Shown here piece after piece: positions 12,895-26,795 of a stretch of DNA of 64,000 bases. A program made the translations under genes and the position numbers. The notes below the pieces were generated by a model. The model was not told the origin of the DNA and did not search any database. It saw only the letters and a list, made by a program, of their open reading frames with translations. The number at the start of each line of letters is the position of its first letter. Position 1 is the first letter of the stretch. Origin of the DNA: Eledone cirrhosa (Eukaryota). Where the stretch lies: assembly GCA_964016885.1 (NCBI GenBank), contig OZ024761.1, positions 12,958,001 to 13,022,000 on the forward strand. Reading direction: 5' to 3'.

Positions 12895-13295
12895 GGTAAA
12901 ATAGTGTTATTGTTGGTGTATATGATATCCTCCAGATGATGATATTCTCCAGATGATAAAATAGTGTTAGTGTTGGTGTATATGATATCCTCCAGATGAT
13001 AAAATAGTGTTATTCTTGGTGTATATGATATCCTCCAGATGATAAAATAGTGTTATTGTTGGTGTATATGATATCCTCCAGATGATGATATTCTCCAGAT
13101 GATAAAATAGTGTTATTGTTGGTGTATATGATATCCTCCAGATGATGATATTCTCCAGATGATAAAATAGTGTTAGTGTTGGTGTATATGATATTCTCCA
13201 GATGATAAAATAGTGTTATTCTTGGTGTATATGATATTCTCCAGATGATAAAATAGTGTTGTTGCTGTTGTTGTATGGGATATTCTCCAGATAGT
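12895..13295. repeat. Compound minisatellite (43/60-bp units)
   Basis: Recurrent 'gataaaatagtgttattgttggtgtatatgatatcctccagat'. Confidence 0.9.
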
Positions 13296-13431
13296 AAAAT
13301 TAGCTCTGGTCTTTTGAAACGGTTTACTGAGTTCTTTCTCCCTAAATTTCTCTGTGTCTTTGAGTGCATTTTAGGTCCGACAGATAGGTGGTTGTTTTTA
13401 GATTTTAATGTTTCATTCTGCTTAGGATATT

Positions 13432-14135
13432 TATCCCTTTAGCATTTAAACCGGCCATAACCGGCCAGAATTCTCTCACCTCTTTCTGTTCAAACCTGCT
13501 GTAATTGGCCACTCATGCTTAGGTTAAGGTATTGTTCTCAAAATAAATAATATCAAAATCTTATAGATTCGATATTATGTGAGGTAAAGTCTATACTGTG
13601 AAAACACAATAGTATATATAGAGTAATGTAAATGCTAAAGGGTTAACCCTTTAGCATTTACATTACTCTATATATACTATTGTGTTTTGTGGTAAAGGCT
13701 TTATCTTACATAATTATCTCACATAATATCGAATCTATGAGATTTTGATATTTATTTTGAGAACAATACCTTAACATCAGTATGAGTGGCCAGTTAGGGC
13801 TGGTTTGAACAGAAAAAGGTGAGAGAGTTCTGGCTGGATATGGCCGGTTTAAATGCTAAAGGGTTAAACCGACTGTATCTGGCCAGAATTCTCTCAACTC
13901 TTTCTGTTTAAACCAGCCCTAACTGGCTGCTCATACTGATGTTAAGGTATTGTTCTCAAAATAAATAATATAAAAATCTCATAAATTCGATATTATGTGA
14001 GGTAAAGCCTTTACAGTGAAAATACAATAGTATATATAGAGTAATGTAAATGTTATGTGAGATATTATGTGAGGTAAAGCCTTTACTGTGAAAATACAAT
14101 AGTATATATAGAGTAATGTAAATGGTAAAGGGTTA
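13432..14135. mobile_element. Three abutting piggyBac-like MITEs sharing TTAA junctions
   Basis: 'ctaaagggttaaccctttag' junction at 13636-13655, 'gggttaaacc' at 13861, final 'aaagggttaa' at 14135. Confidence 0.8.
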
Positions 14136-14332
14136 AGTTTAAATTGAAACATAATTAATAATATTAGATTTCAGTAGTTAATTAATTTGACCTTCCTTAT
14201 TCAGCAGACAGTTATTTCACTAAACGTCTCATAATTATTGATTAATTTTGATAATTACAACACTAATGTAGAATATATTCTTCTTAGAAATATGTCGAGA
14301 AAAACAGTTTTAAAGTAAAATATTGAAATAGC

Positions 14333-14374
<42 letters not shown>

Positions 14375-14883
14375 GAACTGTGTCTCTGTCACCCCTACCT
14401 GTCTGTCAATCAGCCCTACCTGTCTCTCAGTCACCTTTACCCGTCGCTGTCATCCCTACCTGTCTCTCAGTGACCCCTGCCTGTCTGTCACTGTGTCTGT
14501 CCCTCAGTCACCTCTACCTGTCTGTCACTGTCTGTCTGCCACCTCTACCTGTCTCTCTGTCACATCTACCTCTGTGTCTCTCTGTCAACTCTACCTGTCT
14601 GTCACTGTGTCTGTCTCTCTGTCACCTCTACCTGTTCTCACTCTAATATGAAGTTTCTCCACCTCTGCTATAAGAGTTCTCTGCTATACCAACCCAGCCT
14701 ATATCTCACTCCACCCTAACCCAGCCTATATCTCACCACTCCCCAGCCCAGCCCAGCCCCGCCCAGCCCAGCCCAGCCCAATCCAGTCCAGTCCAGTCCA
14801 CACATCTGTCCGTTCGTACGTCCATCGTGAATTAACTTCCAAGTTTACAGACTCTTCGTCTCATCGTTCATTTGGCAATTCAG

Positions 14884-15045
14884 ATGCAGTCTGCGAAACT
14901 TACCAAAAAACGGTGGATGATGAGGAAACGTGCCAGCAAAGACTATAGCAAAGTGGTTGACAAACACTTCCCAACAGATGCCATCTATTCTCTTAATGAT
15001 GAGTTTAACGGTGTGACCGCATTCTTCAAACCAGGCACAACATAT
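14884..15045 (+). CDS. Candidate coding exon (54 aa, MQSAKLTKKRW...FFKPGTTY), possibly an alternative ACAP exon
   Basis: Non-repetitive, GC-richer island. Begins with ATG after 'ttcag', is open for 162 nt, and ends at a consensus donor 'TAT|gtaagc' (phase 0). No homology recognised. Confidence 0.5.
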
Positions 15046-15832
15046 GTAAGCGTTCTCTTTCGGAGAACAACAAAAAAAAAATGCCTTATTCCTTAGCATC
15101 GTTTAACTCTTTATTTTAATTTTTTTTTTTTTTTTTTGGTTTCCTTTTTAAGATTTTGAAAAAGAAAAAAAAAATTCTATTTCTTCTTCTTCACTAGTTG
15201 TCTGCCCTTGCTGTTTCTTTTGTGTTTAAATTTTTTTTCTATTTTTCATTTGAAATATTTTCATTTGTTTTTATAATTTGGCTTGTTTTTTTTTTCTGCT
15301 GTTCTTTGCAAAGTAGCTGCTAAATTGCTATGGTGTTTCTTTTAACAACCCTTACTCCTTTTAACACTTTCGCTACTTTTGTTTTCTGCAAAACTAAAGA
15401 CAATCCACTCAAAGCAGTTATCTCCCTTGCCTACCTTGTATATTTATTGTGCTTAGGACACCGAGAAGAAGAATTTGGCCCTTTACCAGGCATTAAACCT
15501 TCTTCGAAATATTAATCCTGTTTTTGCTTCTGATTTTGGGTTTTTTAATAATCTTTTCTTGCTTTATGTATTAAACAATTATATTTTAAAGTAAAAACAA
15601 TAATGTATTTATTTGTTATCAGCTTTGTTACTGTTAGTTCTAATATTGCAGTTGTTTTATACATACATACATATATACATATGTATATGTACATACACAT
15701 ATACATACATACATACATACAAAAATACATTATATATATATACATACATATACATGTACACACATACGTACATACATACACACATATATATGCCAAAATT
15801 AGCACTCGATATTCAGCAGGGTAGAGTGTAGA

Positions 15833-16128
15833 TAGTATAAAGAAAACGAAAAATCAGTGATGCATCTGGACTTAATTTATTGCGTGTTACAATTGTTTCA
15901 CTGGCAGATAGCTTGAGACGTGGTCCCTGTATGGATCTGGCTGATTCTACGGCTGCAGGTGATAACATTTTCTCCAAACGAAATACCCGTGTCTGAAAGA
16001 ACCTGCAGCCGTAGAATCAGCCAGATCCATACGAGGACCACATCTCGAGCTACCTGCCGGCGAAACAATTGTAACACGCAACAAATTAAGTCCAGATGCA
16101 TCACTGATTTTTCGTTTTCTTTATACTA
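15833..16128. mobile_element. Fold-back element (128-bp arms, 40-bp spacer) with a hammerhead motif at 15988-16078 (+)
   Basis: 15833-15960 is approximately the reverse complement of 16001-16128. Motif: CGUGU-CUGAAAGA-(stem II ACCUGCAG/CUGCCGGC)-GAAA-CAAUUG-UA-ACACG. Confidence 0.8.
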
Positions 16129-16332
16129 TATATATATATATATAAATTACACAATCAAAACTATGTTCAAATCATAGTTTTGATTATTCTGTAATTTATA
16201 TTCTTGCTCTGTAAAACATCTCATGTATTTACATTGAGCTATTTTTCTTACTGGTAATAAGGTAGTAATAAATTACTGACCTTTCCTGTTTATAGTTGTA
16301 TATAGTGTATATATAACTATAAATAATATTAT

Positions 16333-16365
<33 letters not shown>

Positions 16366-16369
<4 letters not shown>

Positions 16370-16560
16370 AACGAGTAGGACCCCGACGGCTGAGCTCAAG
16401 CCGTTTCGACGGCTAATTCAGGACTCAGAATTAGCCATCGAAACGGCTTGAGCTCAGCCGTCGGGGTCCTACTCATTCCTATTACCCACTCTACTACCCT
16501 AAGTATTGAGTACTTTGGTGCGTTATGGTCCACCTGGTTCCTTACCACATTTCCTTCGTT
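16366..16560 (+). mobile_element. (TA)n-flanked snap-back element, family A (hammerhead 3' half)
   Basis: Hairpin 16366-16482 plus unique tail. GAAA-CGGCU-UGAGCUC-AGCCG-UC-GGGGUC at 16440-16468. Further copies at 26878 and 41141. Confidence 0.8.
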
Positions 16561-16924
16561 ATATATATATATATATATATATATACAAACATACCTATAC
16601 ACATACATACATACAATTGCACACACACAGATATATATGTATGTATGTATCTATCTATGTATGTATATATAGGTAGTTACATCTATATATGTATATATGG
16701 ATCTATATATGTATCTATGTATGTATATTTTTTTGGAATTTTGACAACCCAGTCTAGTTTTTGCTTTCTGTAGCGGTGCTTTATTTACTAAAACACCTGT
16801 CCTCAGCTCACCTCTTCTCACCTGACTCTAGTTCACCTGTCTCGTTAGTAGTCATTATTCCTTCAGTTGCTGTTAGTTTCATTAGTGCTGTAGTTGTTAG
16901 AGGAGACACCTTACACCACGCACT

Positions 16925-17440
16925 GTCTCTCACCTGAGTACCTTACCCGAGTCTCTCACCTGAGTACCTCACTTGAGTCTCTCATCTGAGTACCTCACTT
17001 GAGTCTCTCACTTGAGTCTCTCATCTGAGTACCTTACCTGAGTGTCTCACCCGAGTGTCTCACCCGAGTGTCTCACCCGAGTGTCTCACTGGAGTCTCTC
17101 ACCTGAGTACCTCACCTGAGTGTCTCACCTGAGTACCTGACATGAGTGTCTCACCTGAGCCTCTCACTTCAGTGTCTCACCTGAGCCTCTCACTTCAGTG
17201 TCTCACCTGATCCTCTCACTTGAGTGTATCACTTGAGTGTCTCACTCGAGTCTCACACTTGAGTACCTCACTTGAGTGTCTCATCTGAGTACCTCACCTG
17301 AGTGTCTCACCTGAGTACCTGACATGAGTGTCTCACCTGAGTCTCTCACCTGAGTCTCTCACCCGAGTCTCTCACCCGAGTCTCTCACCCGAGTCTCTCA
17401 CCCGAGTCTCTCACCTGTGTACCTCACCTGTGTACCTCAC
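16925..17440. repeat. ~13-bp minisatellite (ctcacctgagtgt)
   Basis: Degenerate tandem array. Confidence 0.9.
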
Positions 17441-17985
17441 AATTTCAATAGTTGACTTTGAAATATTTATTTAATTAATTAATTAATGAATTAATCAAAT
17501 TACATAATTAATGAAGCTATTTATTGATTCCTCAATTATATTGATATCATTGATCAGTATGTATTATATATTTTGTCTTATTGATTACCATATTGATGCA
17601 ATAGATTGATTAGTGTGTGTGTGTGTGGTGTGTGTGTGTGACAGTATATTGATTAGTGTGTGTGTGTGTGTGTGTGTGACTATATTGATTAGTGTGTGTG
17701 TGTGTGTGACTATATTGATTAGTGTGTGTGTGTGTGTGACAGTAGATGGATGTGTGTGTGTGACAGTAGATTGATTAGTGTATGTGTGTGTGACAGTAGA
17801 TTGATTAGTGTGTGTGTGTGTGTGTGACTATATTGATTAGTGTGTGTGTGTGTGTGTGACAGTAGATGGATGTGTGTGTGTGTGTGTGTGACAGTAGATT
17901 GATTAGTGTGTGTGTGTGTGACAGTAGATTGATTAGTGTGTGTGTAACAGTAGATTGATTAGTGTGTGTGTGTGACAGTAGATGG

Positions 17986-18017
<32 letters not shown>

Positions 18018-18257
18018 CAGTAGATTTATTAGTGTGTGTGTGTGCGACAGTATATGAGTCTGTGTGTCTGTGTGTGGAGGTGTGTGTGTTCCCTCTCTAT
18101 TATATAGTTCCTCATCTTATCAACGACCATACAGTCACTATAGACTAATCACTGTGTCTTTATCAGAAACCATGTGTTTGCGAAACATTGTATATGTTAT
18201 ATGTATCCTGGTGTGGGTTATCTAATGTGGTTCCAGGTTTGTGATATAACTGGCCCC

Positions 18258-19950
18258 TACCATATTTCTAATGAAAGACACTGTCTATGTCATTAACCCT
18301 TTCATTACCATATTTCTAATGAAAGACACTGTCTATGTCATTAACCCTTTCATTACCATATTTCTAATGAAAGACACTGTCTATGTCATTAACCCTTTCA
18401 TTACCATATTTTTAATGAAAGACACTGTCTGTGTCATTAACCCTTTCATTACCATATTTCTAATGAAAGACACTGTCTATGTCATTAACCCTTTCATTAC
18501 CATATTTCTAATGAAAGACACTGTCTATGTCATTAACCCTTTCATTACGATATTTCTAATGAAAGACACTACCTATGTCATTAACCCTTTCATTACCATA
18601 TTTCTAATGAAAGACACTGTCTATGTCATTAACCCTTTCATTACCATATTTCTAATGAAAGACACTGTCTATGTCATTAACCCTTTCATTACGATATTTC
18701 TAATGAAAGACACTACCTATGTCATTAACCCTTTCATTACGATATTTCTAATGAAAGACACTACCTATGTCATTAACCCTTTCATTACCATATTTCTAAT
18801 GGAAGACACTGTCTATGTCATTAACCCTTTCATTACCATATTTCTAATGAAAGACACTACCTATGTCATTAACCCTTTCATTACCATATTTCTAATGGAA
18901 GACACTGTCTATGTCATTAAACCTTTCATTACCATATTTCTAATGGAAGACACTGTCTATGTCATTAACCCTTTCATTACCATATTTCTAATGAAAGACA
19001 CTACCTATGTCATTAACCCTTTCATTACGATATTTCTAATGAAAGACACTACCTATGTCATTAACCCTTTCATTACCATATTTCTAATGAAAGACACTAC
19101 CTATGTCATTAACCCTTTCATTACCATATTTCTAATGAAAGACACTGTCTATGACATTAACCCTTTCATTACCATATTTCTAATGAAAGACACTGTCTGT
19201 GTCATTAAACCTTTCATTACCATATTTCTAATGAAAGACACTGTCTATGTCATTAACCCTTTCATTACCATATTTCTAATGAAAGACACTGTCTATATCA
19301 TTAACCCTTTCATTACCATATTTCTAATGAAAGACACTGTCTATGTCATTAACCCTTTCATTACCATATTTCTAATGAAAGACACTGCCTGTGTCATTAA
19401 CCCTTTCATTACCATATTTCTAATGAAAGACACTGTCTATGTCATTAACCCTTTCATTACCATATTTCTAATGAAAGACACTGTCTATGTCATTAAACCT
19501 TTCATTACCATATTTCTAATGAAAGACACTACCTATGTCATTAACGCTTTCATTACCATATTTCTAATGAAAGACACTGTCTATATCATTAACCCTTTCA
19601 TTACCATATTTCTAATGAAAGACACTACCTATGTCATTAACCCTTTCATTACCATATTTCTAATGAAAGACACTACCTATGTCATTAACCCTTTCATTAC
19701 CATATTTCTAATGAAAGACACTGTTTATGTCATTAAACCTTTCATTACCATATTTCTAATGAAAGACACTACCTATGTCATTAACCCTTTCATTACCATA
19801 TTTCTAATGAAAGACACTGTCTATGTCATTAACCCTTTCATTACCATATTTCTAATGAAAGACACTGTCTATGTCATTAACCCTTTCATTACCATATTTC
19901 TAATGAAAGACACTGTCTATGTCATTAACCCTTTCATTACCATATTTCTA
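18258..19950. repeat. 48-bp minisatellite (~35 copies) containing a TTAACCCTTTC MITE terminus
   Basis: Unit ttaaccctttcattaccatatttctaatgaaagacactgtctatgtca; this explains the 598-aa repeat ORF. Confidence 0.95.
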
Positions 19951-20199
19951 ATAACAATATTAATAACTACACCAGTAATAATAGCTGTAATGATTTTCTG
20001 CAATGACCGCAGTAATGACTACATTGAGAATAAAGGTAGTGACAATGATACAATGAATAACCTGTAATAACTCCTTACCAGCAATAACAACTAATAACTA
20101 AACCAACAATAATAACATTTTTATATGGAATATCATATTGAACTAACTACAAGTATAATAACAATTGCATTATTATATCAAATATATCACATGAGATAA

Positions 20200-23110
20200 A
20201 ATAACAGCTACAGGAATAACTACATCTAGAAATAACAGTTACAGGAATAACTACATCTGGAAATAACAGTTACAGGAATAACTACATCTGGAAATAACAG
20301 TTACAGGAATAACTACATCTGGAAATAACAGTTACAGGAATAACTACATCTGGAAATAACAGTTACAGGAATAACTACATCTGGAAATAACAGTTACAGA
20401 AATAACTACATCTGGAAATAACAGTTACAGGAATAACTACATCTGGAAATAACAGCTTCAGCAATGACCTTAATGGGAATAACAGCTACAGTAATAACAG
20501 TTACAGTAATAACCATATCTGGGAATAACAGCTTCAGAAATAACAGTTACAGCAATAACCATATCTAGGAATAACAGCTTCGGAAATAACAGTTACAGAA
20601 ATAACCATATCTAGGAATAACAGCTTCAGAAATAACAGTTGCAGCAATAACCATATCTAGGAATAACAGCTTCAGAAATAACAGTTACAGAAATAACCAT
20701 GTCTAGGAATAACAGCTTCAGAAATAACAGTTACAGAAATAACCATGTCTAGGAATAACAGCTTCAGAAATAATAGTTACAGAAATAACCATGTCTAGGA
20801 ATAGCAGCTTCAGAAATAACAGTTGCAGCAATAACCATATCTAGGAATAACAGCTTCAGAAATAACAGTTACAGCAATAACTATGTCTAGGAATAACAGC
20901 TTCAGAAATAACAGTTACAGCAATAACCATGTCTAGGAATAGCAGCTTCAGAAATAACAGTTGCAGCAATAACCATATCTAGGAATAACAGCTTCAGAAA
21001 TAACAGTTGCAGCAATAACCATATCTAGGAATAACAGCTTCAGAAATAACAGTTACAGCAATAACTATATCTAGGAATAACAGCTTCAGAAATAACAGTT
21101 GCAGCAATAACCATATCTAGGAATAGCAGCTTCAGAAATAACAGTTACAGCAATAACTATGTCTAGGAATAACAGCTTCAGAAATAACAGTTACAGCAAT
21201 AACCATATCTAGGAATAACAGCTTCAGAAATAACTACAGTAGCAGCAATAACCATATCTAGGAATAACAGCTTCAGAAATAACAGTTGCAGCAATAACCA
21301 TATCTAGGAATAGCAGCTTCAGAAATAACTACAGTAACAGCAATAACCATATCTAGGAATAGCAGCTTCAGAAACAACAGTTGCAGCAATAACCATATCT
21401 AGGAATAACAGCTTCAGAAATAACAGTTACAGCAATAACTATATCTAGGAATAACAGCTTCAGAAATAACAGTTACAGCAATAACCATGTCTAGGAATAG
21501 CAGCTTCAGAAATAACAGTTGCAGCAATAACCATATCTAGGAATAACAGCTTCAGAAATAACAGTTACAGCAATAACTATGTCTAGGAATAACAGCTTCA
21601 GAAATAACAGTTGCAGCAATAACCATATCTAGGAATAACAGCTTCAGAAATAACAGTTACAGCAATAACTATATCTAGGAATAACAGCTTCAGAAATAAC
21701 AGTTGCAGCAATAACCATATCTAGGAATAGCAGCTTCAGAAATAACAGTTACAGCAATAACTATGTCTAGGAATAACAGCTTCAGAAATAACAGTTACAG
21801 CAATAACCATATCTAGGAATAACAGCTTCAGAAATAACTACAGTAACAGCAATAACCATATCTAGGAATAACAGCTTCAGAAATAACAGTTGCAGCAATA
21901 ACCATATCTAGGAATAGCAGCTTCAGAAATAACTACAGTAACAGCAATAACCATATCTAGGAATAGCAGCTTCAGAAATAACAGTTGCAGCAATAACCAT
22001 ATCTAGGAATAACAGCTTCAGAAATAAGTTACAGAAATAACTATGTCTAGGAATAACAGCTTCAGAAATAACAGTTACAGCAATAACTATGTCTAGGAAT
22101 AACAGCTTCAGAAATAACAGTTACAGCAATAACTATGTCTAGGAATAACAGCTTCAGAAATAACAGTTACAGCAATAACCATGTCTAGGAATAACAGCTT
22201 CAGAAATAACAGTTGCAGCAATAACCATATCTAGGAATAACAGCTTCAGAAATAACAGTTGCAGCAATAACCATATCTAGGAATAACAGCTTCAGAAATA
22301 ACAGTTACAGCAATAACCATATCTAGGAATAACAGCTTCAGAAATAACAGTAACTGCAATAACCATATCTAGGAATAACAGCTTCAGAAATAACAGTTGC
22401 AGCAATAACTATGTCTAGGAATAACAGCTTCAGAAATAACTACAGTAACAGCAATAACCATATCTAGGAATAACAGCTTCAGAAATAACTACAGTAACAG
22501 CAATAACCATATCTAGGAATAACAGCTTCAGAAATAACAGTTGCAGCAATAACCATATCTAGGAATAACAGCTTTAGAAATAACAGTTGCAGCAATAACC
22601 ATATCTAGGAATAACAGCTTCAGAAATAACAGTTGCAGCAATAACCATATCTAGGAATAACAGCTTCAGAAATAACAGTTACAGCAATAACCATATCTAG
22701 GAATAACAGCTTCAGAAATAACAGTTGCAGCAATAACCATATCTAGGAATAACAGCTTCAGAAATAGCAGTTACAGCAATAACCATATCTAGGAATAACA
22801 GCTTCAGAAATAACAGTTGCAGCAATAACCATATCTAGGAATAACAGCTTCAGAAATAACAGTTGCAGCAATAACCATATCTAGGAATAACAGCTTCAGA
22901 AATAACAGTTGCAGCAATAACCATATCTAGGAATAACAGCTTTAGAAATAACAGTTACAGCAATAACCATATCTAGGAATAGCAGCTTCAGAAATAACAG
23001 TTACAGCAATAACCATATCTAGGAATAACAGCTTCAGAAATAACAGTTACAGCAATAACCATATCTAGGAATAACAGCTTCAGAAATAACTACAGTAACA
23101 ACTCCAGCAA
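20200..23110. repeat. Higher-order minisatellite: 31-bp units then 46-bp units built of 15/16-bp subrepeats
   Basis: 46-mer = ggaataacagcttca + gaaataacagttgca + gcaataaccatatcta; 31-mer array at 20230-20455. Confidence 0.95.
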
Positions 23111-23181
23111 TAACCACCATCACTAATATTGAGTGTTTTCTCTGTCTACGAAATGTTTGACCTCTCTCTGCTTAATTTCAG

Positions 23182-23220
23182 AAAGTACGGAAAAAACTTC
23201 TGTTGAAACTGGCACAGCAG
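23182..23220 (+). CDS. Candidate 39-nt microexon (KVRKKLLLKLAQQ)
   Basis: 'ctctctctgcttaatttcag|AAA...CAG|gtctgt'. Phase 0-0 and open frame; the donor is only moderate. Confidence 0.35.
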
Positions 23221-23479
23221 GTCTGTGTCACCTCTGAATGTCCAGATGAAGAACATTTAGTTAACTGCATGACCAACATTTGTTCCAACGTGGTATATGG
23301 AAATTATTCATGTCAATAACAATGATGATAATAATAATAATAATGATAATGATATTTTTTTATACTCTAGAATTTATGTGGGGTTCTTTTGGTTTACAGC
23401 TGTCTATCATAGCATATATATTAGACATGTATATACACACATACAGATATACATATATATATATATATATACACACAAT

Positions 23480-23760
23480 TTGTTGGTGTTAGGAAGGGCA
23501 TCCAGCCGTAGAAAGCATGTCAAGCAAACAGTTGGAAGGGCCCTCCATAGTGCTGGTGATCTATACAATAAAAGCACCCAGTCCACACTGTAAAGTGGTT
23601 GGTGTTAGGAAGGGCATCCAGCCATAGAAAGCTTGCCAAACAAACAGTTGGAAGGGCCCTCCATAGTGCTGGTGATCTATACAATAAAAGCACCCAGTCC
23701 ACACTGTGGTTGGTGTTCGGAAGGGCATCCAGCCATTGAAAGCTTGTCAAAGAAGGGGTT
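23480..23760 (+). mobile_element. Tandem SINE 3'-domain fragments
   Basis: Three copies of 'ttggtgttaggaagggcatccagcc'. Confidence 0.7.
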
Positions 23761-24133
23761 AGGAGGATCCTTCAGTTTGTGTCAAAAGACACGACAACCT
23801 CTCCTCTGCACTTGATATGGCCGTATGTAAGTGGGGTAGAGACTTCCTCAGCCTATCTGGGAGGTCAATAGCCCTACTTCAGTACTGGATACCCCTTCCT
23901 AACTCCAGCCACATTTACAGATATAATTCACTTTAAAAGATATATGTATAATAGAGACTAATTGTCAGAGGATTCATCTTTAGGTATGTCCCATATGGTA
24001 CAAACACACACAGATATACATATACACTCACATATTTATACACACACACATGTATGCACACATTTAAACATATACACATACATACACACACACACACACA
24101 CACATATATGTACACACACACGCACACACCCAT

Positions 24134-24194
<61 letters not shown>

Positions 24195-24299
24195 AAAACA
24201 ACTCTTCAATGGTTAAATGTTTAATCAACAGTTGTCTCCCTAATGTCATGGTATTTTTCTAACGAAGAATTTTTCTATTTTTCTTTACAATCATTGAAG

Positions 24300-24830
24300 A
24301 AAATGTCCGCAGTATTTAGTCCAGACCGACCCTTTACCCTTCATCTTCCAGGGGCCGATAAAATAAAGTACCAGTAAAGTACTGGTGTTGATTTAGTTGA
24401 TTTTCCCCTGCCCACAAATTGCTGACCTCGTGCCAGCTTGGCAGTATCAGTAGAGCGTCAGACACCATGCTTCGCGGCATAGTCACGGGCCCTTACGTTC
24501 TGTGTTCAAATCCCACAGAGGTTAGTTTTACCTTTCATCTTCGTGGGGTTGATAGATAAAGTACCAGTAATGCAATGGGGTCGATTTAATCGACTTTCCC
24601 CTCCCCTTAAATTACTGGCCTTGTGCCTATACTAGAAATCATTGTGGATTGGCAGTATCGGTAGAGGGTCGGACGCCATGCTTTCCAGCATAGAGTTACG
24701 TCCCTTTACGATCTGAGTTCAAATCCCGCCGAGGTTGACTTTGCCTTTCATCCTTACGGGGTCGATAAAATAAAGTACCAGTAATGCACTGGGGTAATTG
24801 CTGGCCTTGTGCCTAAAGTAGAAACAATTA
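24300..24830 (+). mobile_element. Tandem cluster of three Meta-type SINEs
   Basis: Youngest copy 24645-24830 is nearly identical to 12470-12660. Confidence 0.85.
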
Positions 24831-25099
24831 TATAATATGTAATTAAGAATGAATTGGGAAAGCCAGTACAAACAAATAGGAAATATATTGGTAAATTAAG
24901 AATGATAAATCAATAGTTTTTATGCTTAATATTTTATAATATTTTAGTGTTAGAATCAACAATTTTTCTTCATTTGAAAAGAGTTTCTTGCCTCAAAATA
25001 TTCTGAAATATTAAGTAAAAACTATTGTTTTCTTTTCTTGTTTTACTTTACTCTAGTTTTACCAATATATTTTCTATTTACATTGCAATGGCTTCTGCT

Positions 25100-25470
25100 C
25101 TCACTTATTGCACAGTCTCTATTGATCTTCTTGTTTTACCAACACTTTGATGTTCTTTGCAGCATTAATTGCGACTGAATGTAAACTCTTCTTTTTACAA
25201 TCTGCAACTATTTTCAACAACTAGCCATCTGTGGTTTTAAGGTACTAATCAAGTCCAATGGTTGATATTTTGCATGACATCTCAAGCTGGATCATTCCTC
25301 TACCTCCATTTTGCCTATCCTGAAATCCCATAGTACTTTCACTCGATTGTTTTCTATCACCGGCTCTGGCTTATGCTCATACCACTTCTCAGAATGTGGT
25401 AAATTGTTTAGTTTGCATAGATGCCAGTGAATCACCTTTCCTAGTATATAGTGAGTCTGGGCTCGGTGTT
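25100..25470 (-). mobile_element. Decayed Dong/R4-like LINE fragment
   Basis: Minus-strand translation includes 'RQNGGRGMIQLE' and 'HWHLCK', typical of the post-RT region of RLE-type LINEs; stops and deletions are present. Confidence 0.45.
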
Positions 25471-25499
25471 ATTATTAATATTAATATTATTATTATTAT

Positions 25500-25712
25500 A
25501 TTGGCAGTATCGGTAGAGGGTCGGACGCCATGCTTTGCAGCATAGAGTTACGTCCCTTTATGGTCTGAGTTCAAATCCCGCCGAGGTTAACTTTGCCTTT
25601 CATCCTTATGGGGGTCGATAAAATAAAGTACCAGTCACGCACTGGGGTCGATTTAATCGACTTCCCCCTCCCCCAAAATATGCTGGCCTTGTGCCTATAT
25701 AAGAAACCATTA
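25500..25712 (+). mobile_element. Meta-type SINE followed by (ATT)n
   Basis: Same head and body as 12470. Confidence 0.85.
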
Positions 25713-25718
25713 TTATTA

Positions 25719-25763
<45 letters not shown>

Positions 25764-26117
25764 TCCTCCTTGTTGCTGCTGTTTGTCTATAATATTATTC
25801 TATTTGTTGCTGTGTTCATGTGTTTCAGTGTTCTCCCTTAAACAACCTTAACTACGGAATCAAACAAACAATGTTTTGAATACATATTAACCTTTCTTGC
25901 AGGAGATTTCATTATATTTCTATTTTGTAAATCATCATCATCACCATCATCATCACCATCATTACTATAATCATTACCACCACCATAATTACCATCACTA
26001 TCATCACCATCATCATCACTGCTATATTGTTACCACAAATGGACATCAGCAGTTTTACTTCATTTTATTTATGTTATGTATTTTATTTAGATATATATAA
26101 ATATTACACACATGCAC

Positions 26118-26207
<90 letters not shown>

Positions 26208-26209
26208 CG

Positions 26210-26240
<31 letters not shown>

Positions 26241-26286
26241 AAATAAAATAAATAAGTCAAATGTTTAAAATTTGGCTTCGTTTATT

Positions 26287-26341
26287 ACTGCTATATATAT
26301 TTCGGTGACAGCCATCTTTGGCTGTGACCTCTTCAGGCAGT
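26287..26341 (-). ncRNA. Minimal type I hammerhead ribozyme
   Basis: ACUGC-CUGAAGA-GGUCACAGCC-AAAGAU-GGCUGUCACC-GAAA-UAUAUA-UA-GCAGU on the minus strand. Confidence 0.85.
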
Positions 26342-26538
26342 CCGAATTAGTGCGGTAGAGACGAGTACATATGTTGTTGAGGTGTTTAATATATATATGT
26401 ATATATATATATTTTGAGTATATGTTGGTTGTTTCTCAGCAGAATAACAACACAACCAGGAGCTGGACATATCGATGTATTGACGGAGTAAAACACACCT
26501 CAACAACATGTGTACCTGTCTTTCCCACACCAATTCTG

Positions 26539-26593
26539 ACTGCCTGAAGAGGTCACAGCCAATGATCGCTGTCACCGAAATATATATAGCAGT
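26539..26593 (+). ncRNA. Minimal type I hammerhead ribozyme
   Basis: Stem I ACUGC/GCAGU, CUGAAGA 26544-26550, GAAA 26577-26580, palindromic UAUAUA; predicted cleavage after 26588. Confidence 0.85.
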
Positions 26594-26740
26594 ATATCTA
26601 TAATTTATAATAAATGAAGTCAAATAGAATTCCAGTTCCTCAGTGAAATAACAACCCAACCAGGAACTGGGCATATCAGAGTATTGACAAAGTTATACAC
26701 CTCAACAACATGTGTACTCGTCTCTACCACACTAATTCGG

Positions 26741-26795
26741 ACTGCCTGAAGAGGTCACAGCCAAAGATGGCTGTCACTGAAATATATATAGCAGT
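26741..26795 (+). ncRNA. Minimal type I hammerhead ribozyme
   Basis: CUGAAGA 26746-26752, GAAA 26779-26782; predicted cleavage after 26790; AATAAA at 26796. Confidence 0.85.

Noticed and set aside
18271-20067. 598-aa ORF of MKDTVYVINPFITIFL repeats
   Set aside because: Translation of a 48-bp minisatellite; no evidence of a real protein.
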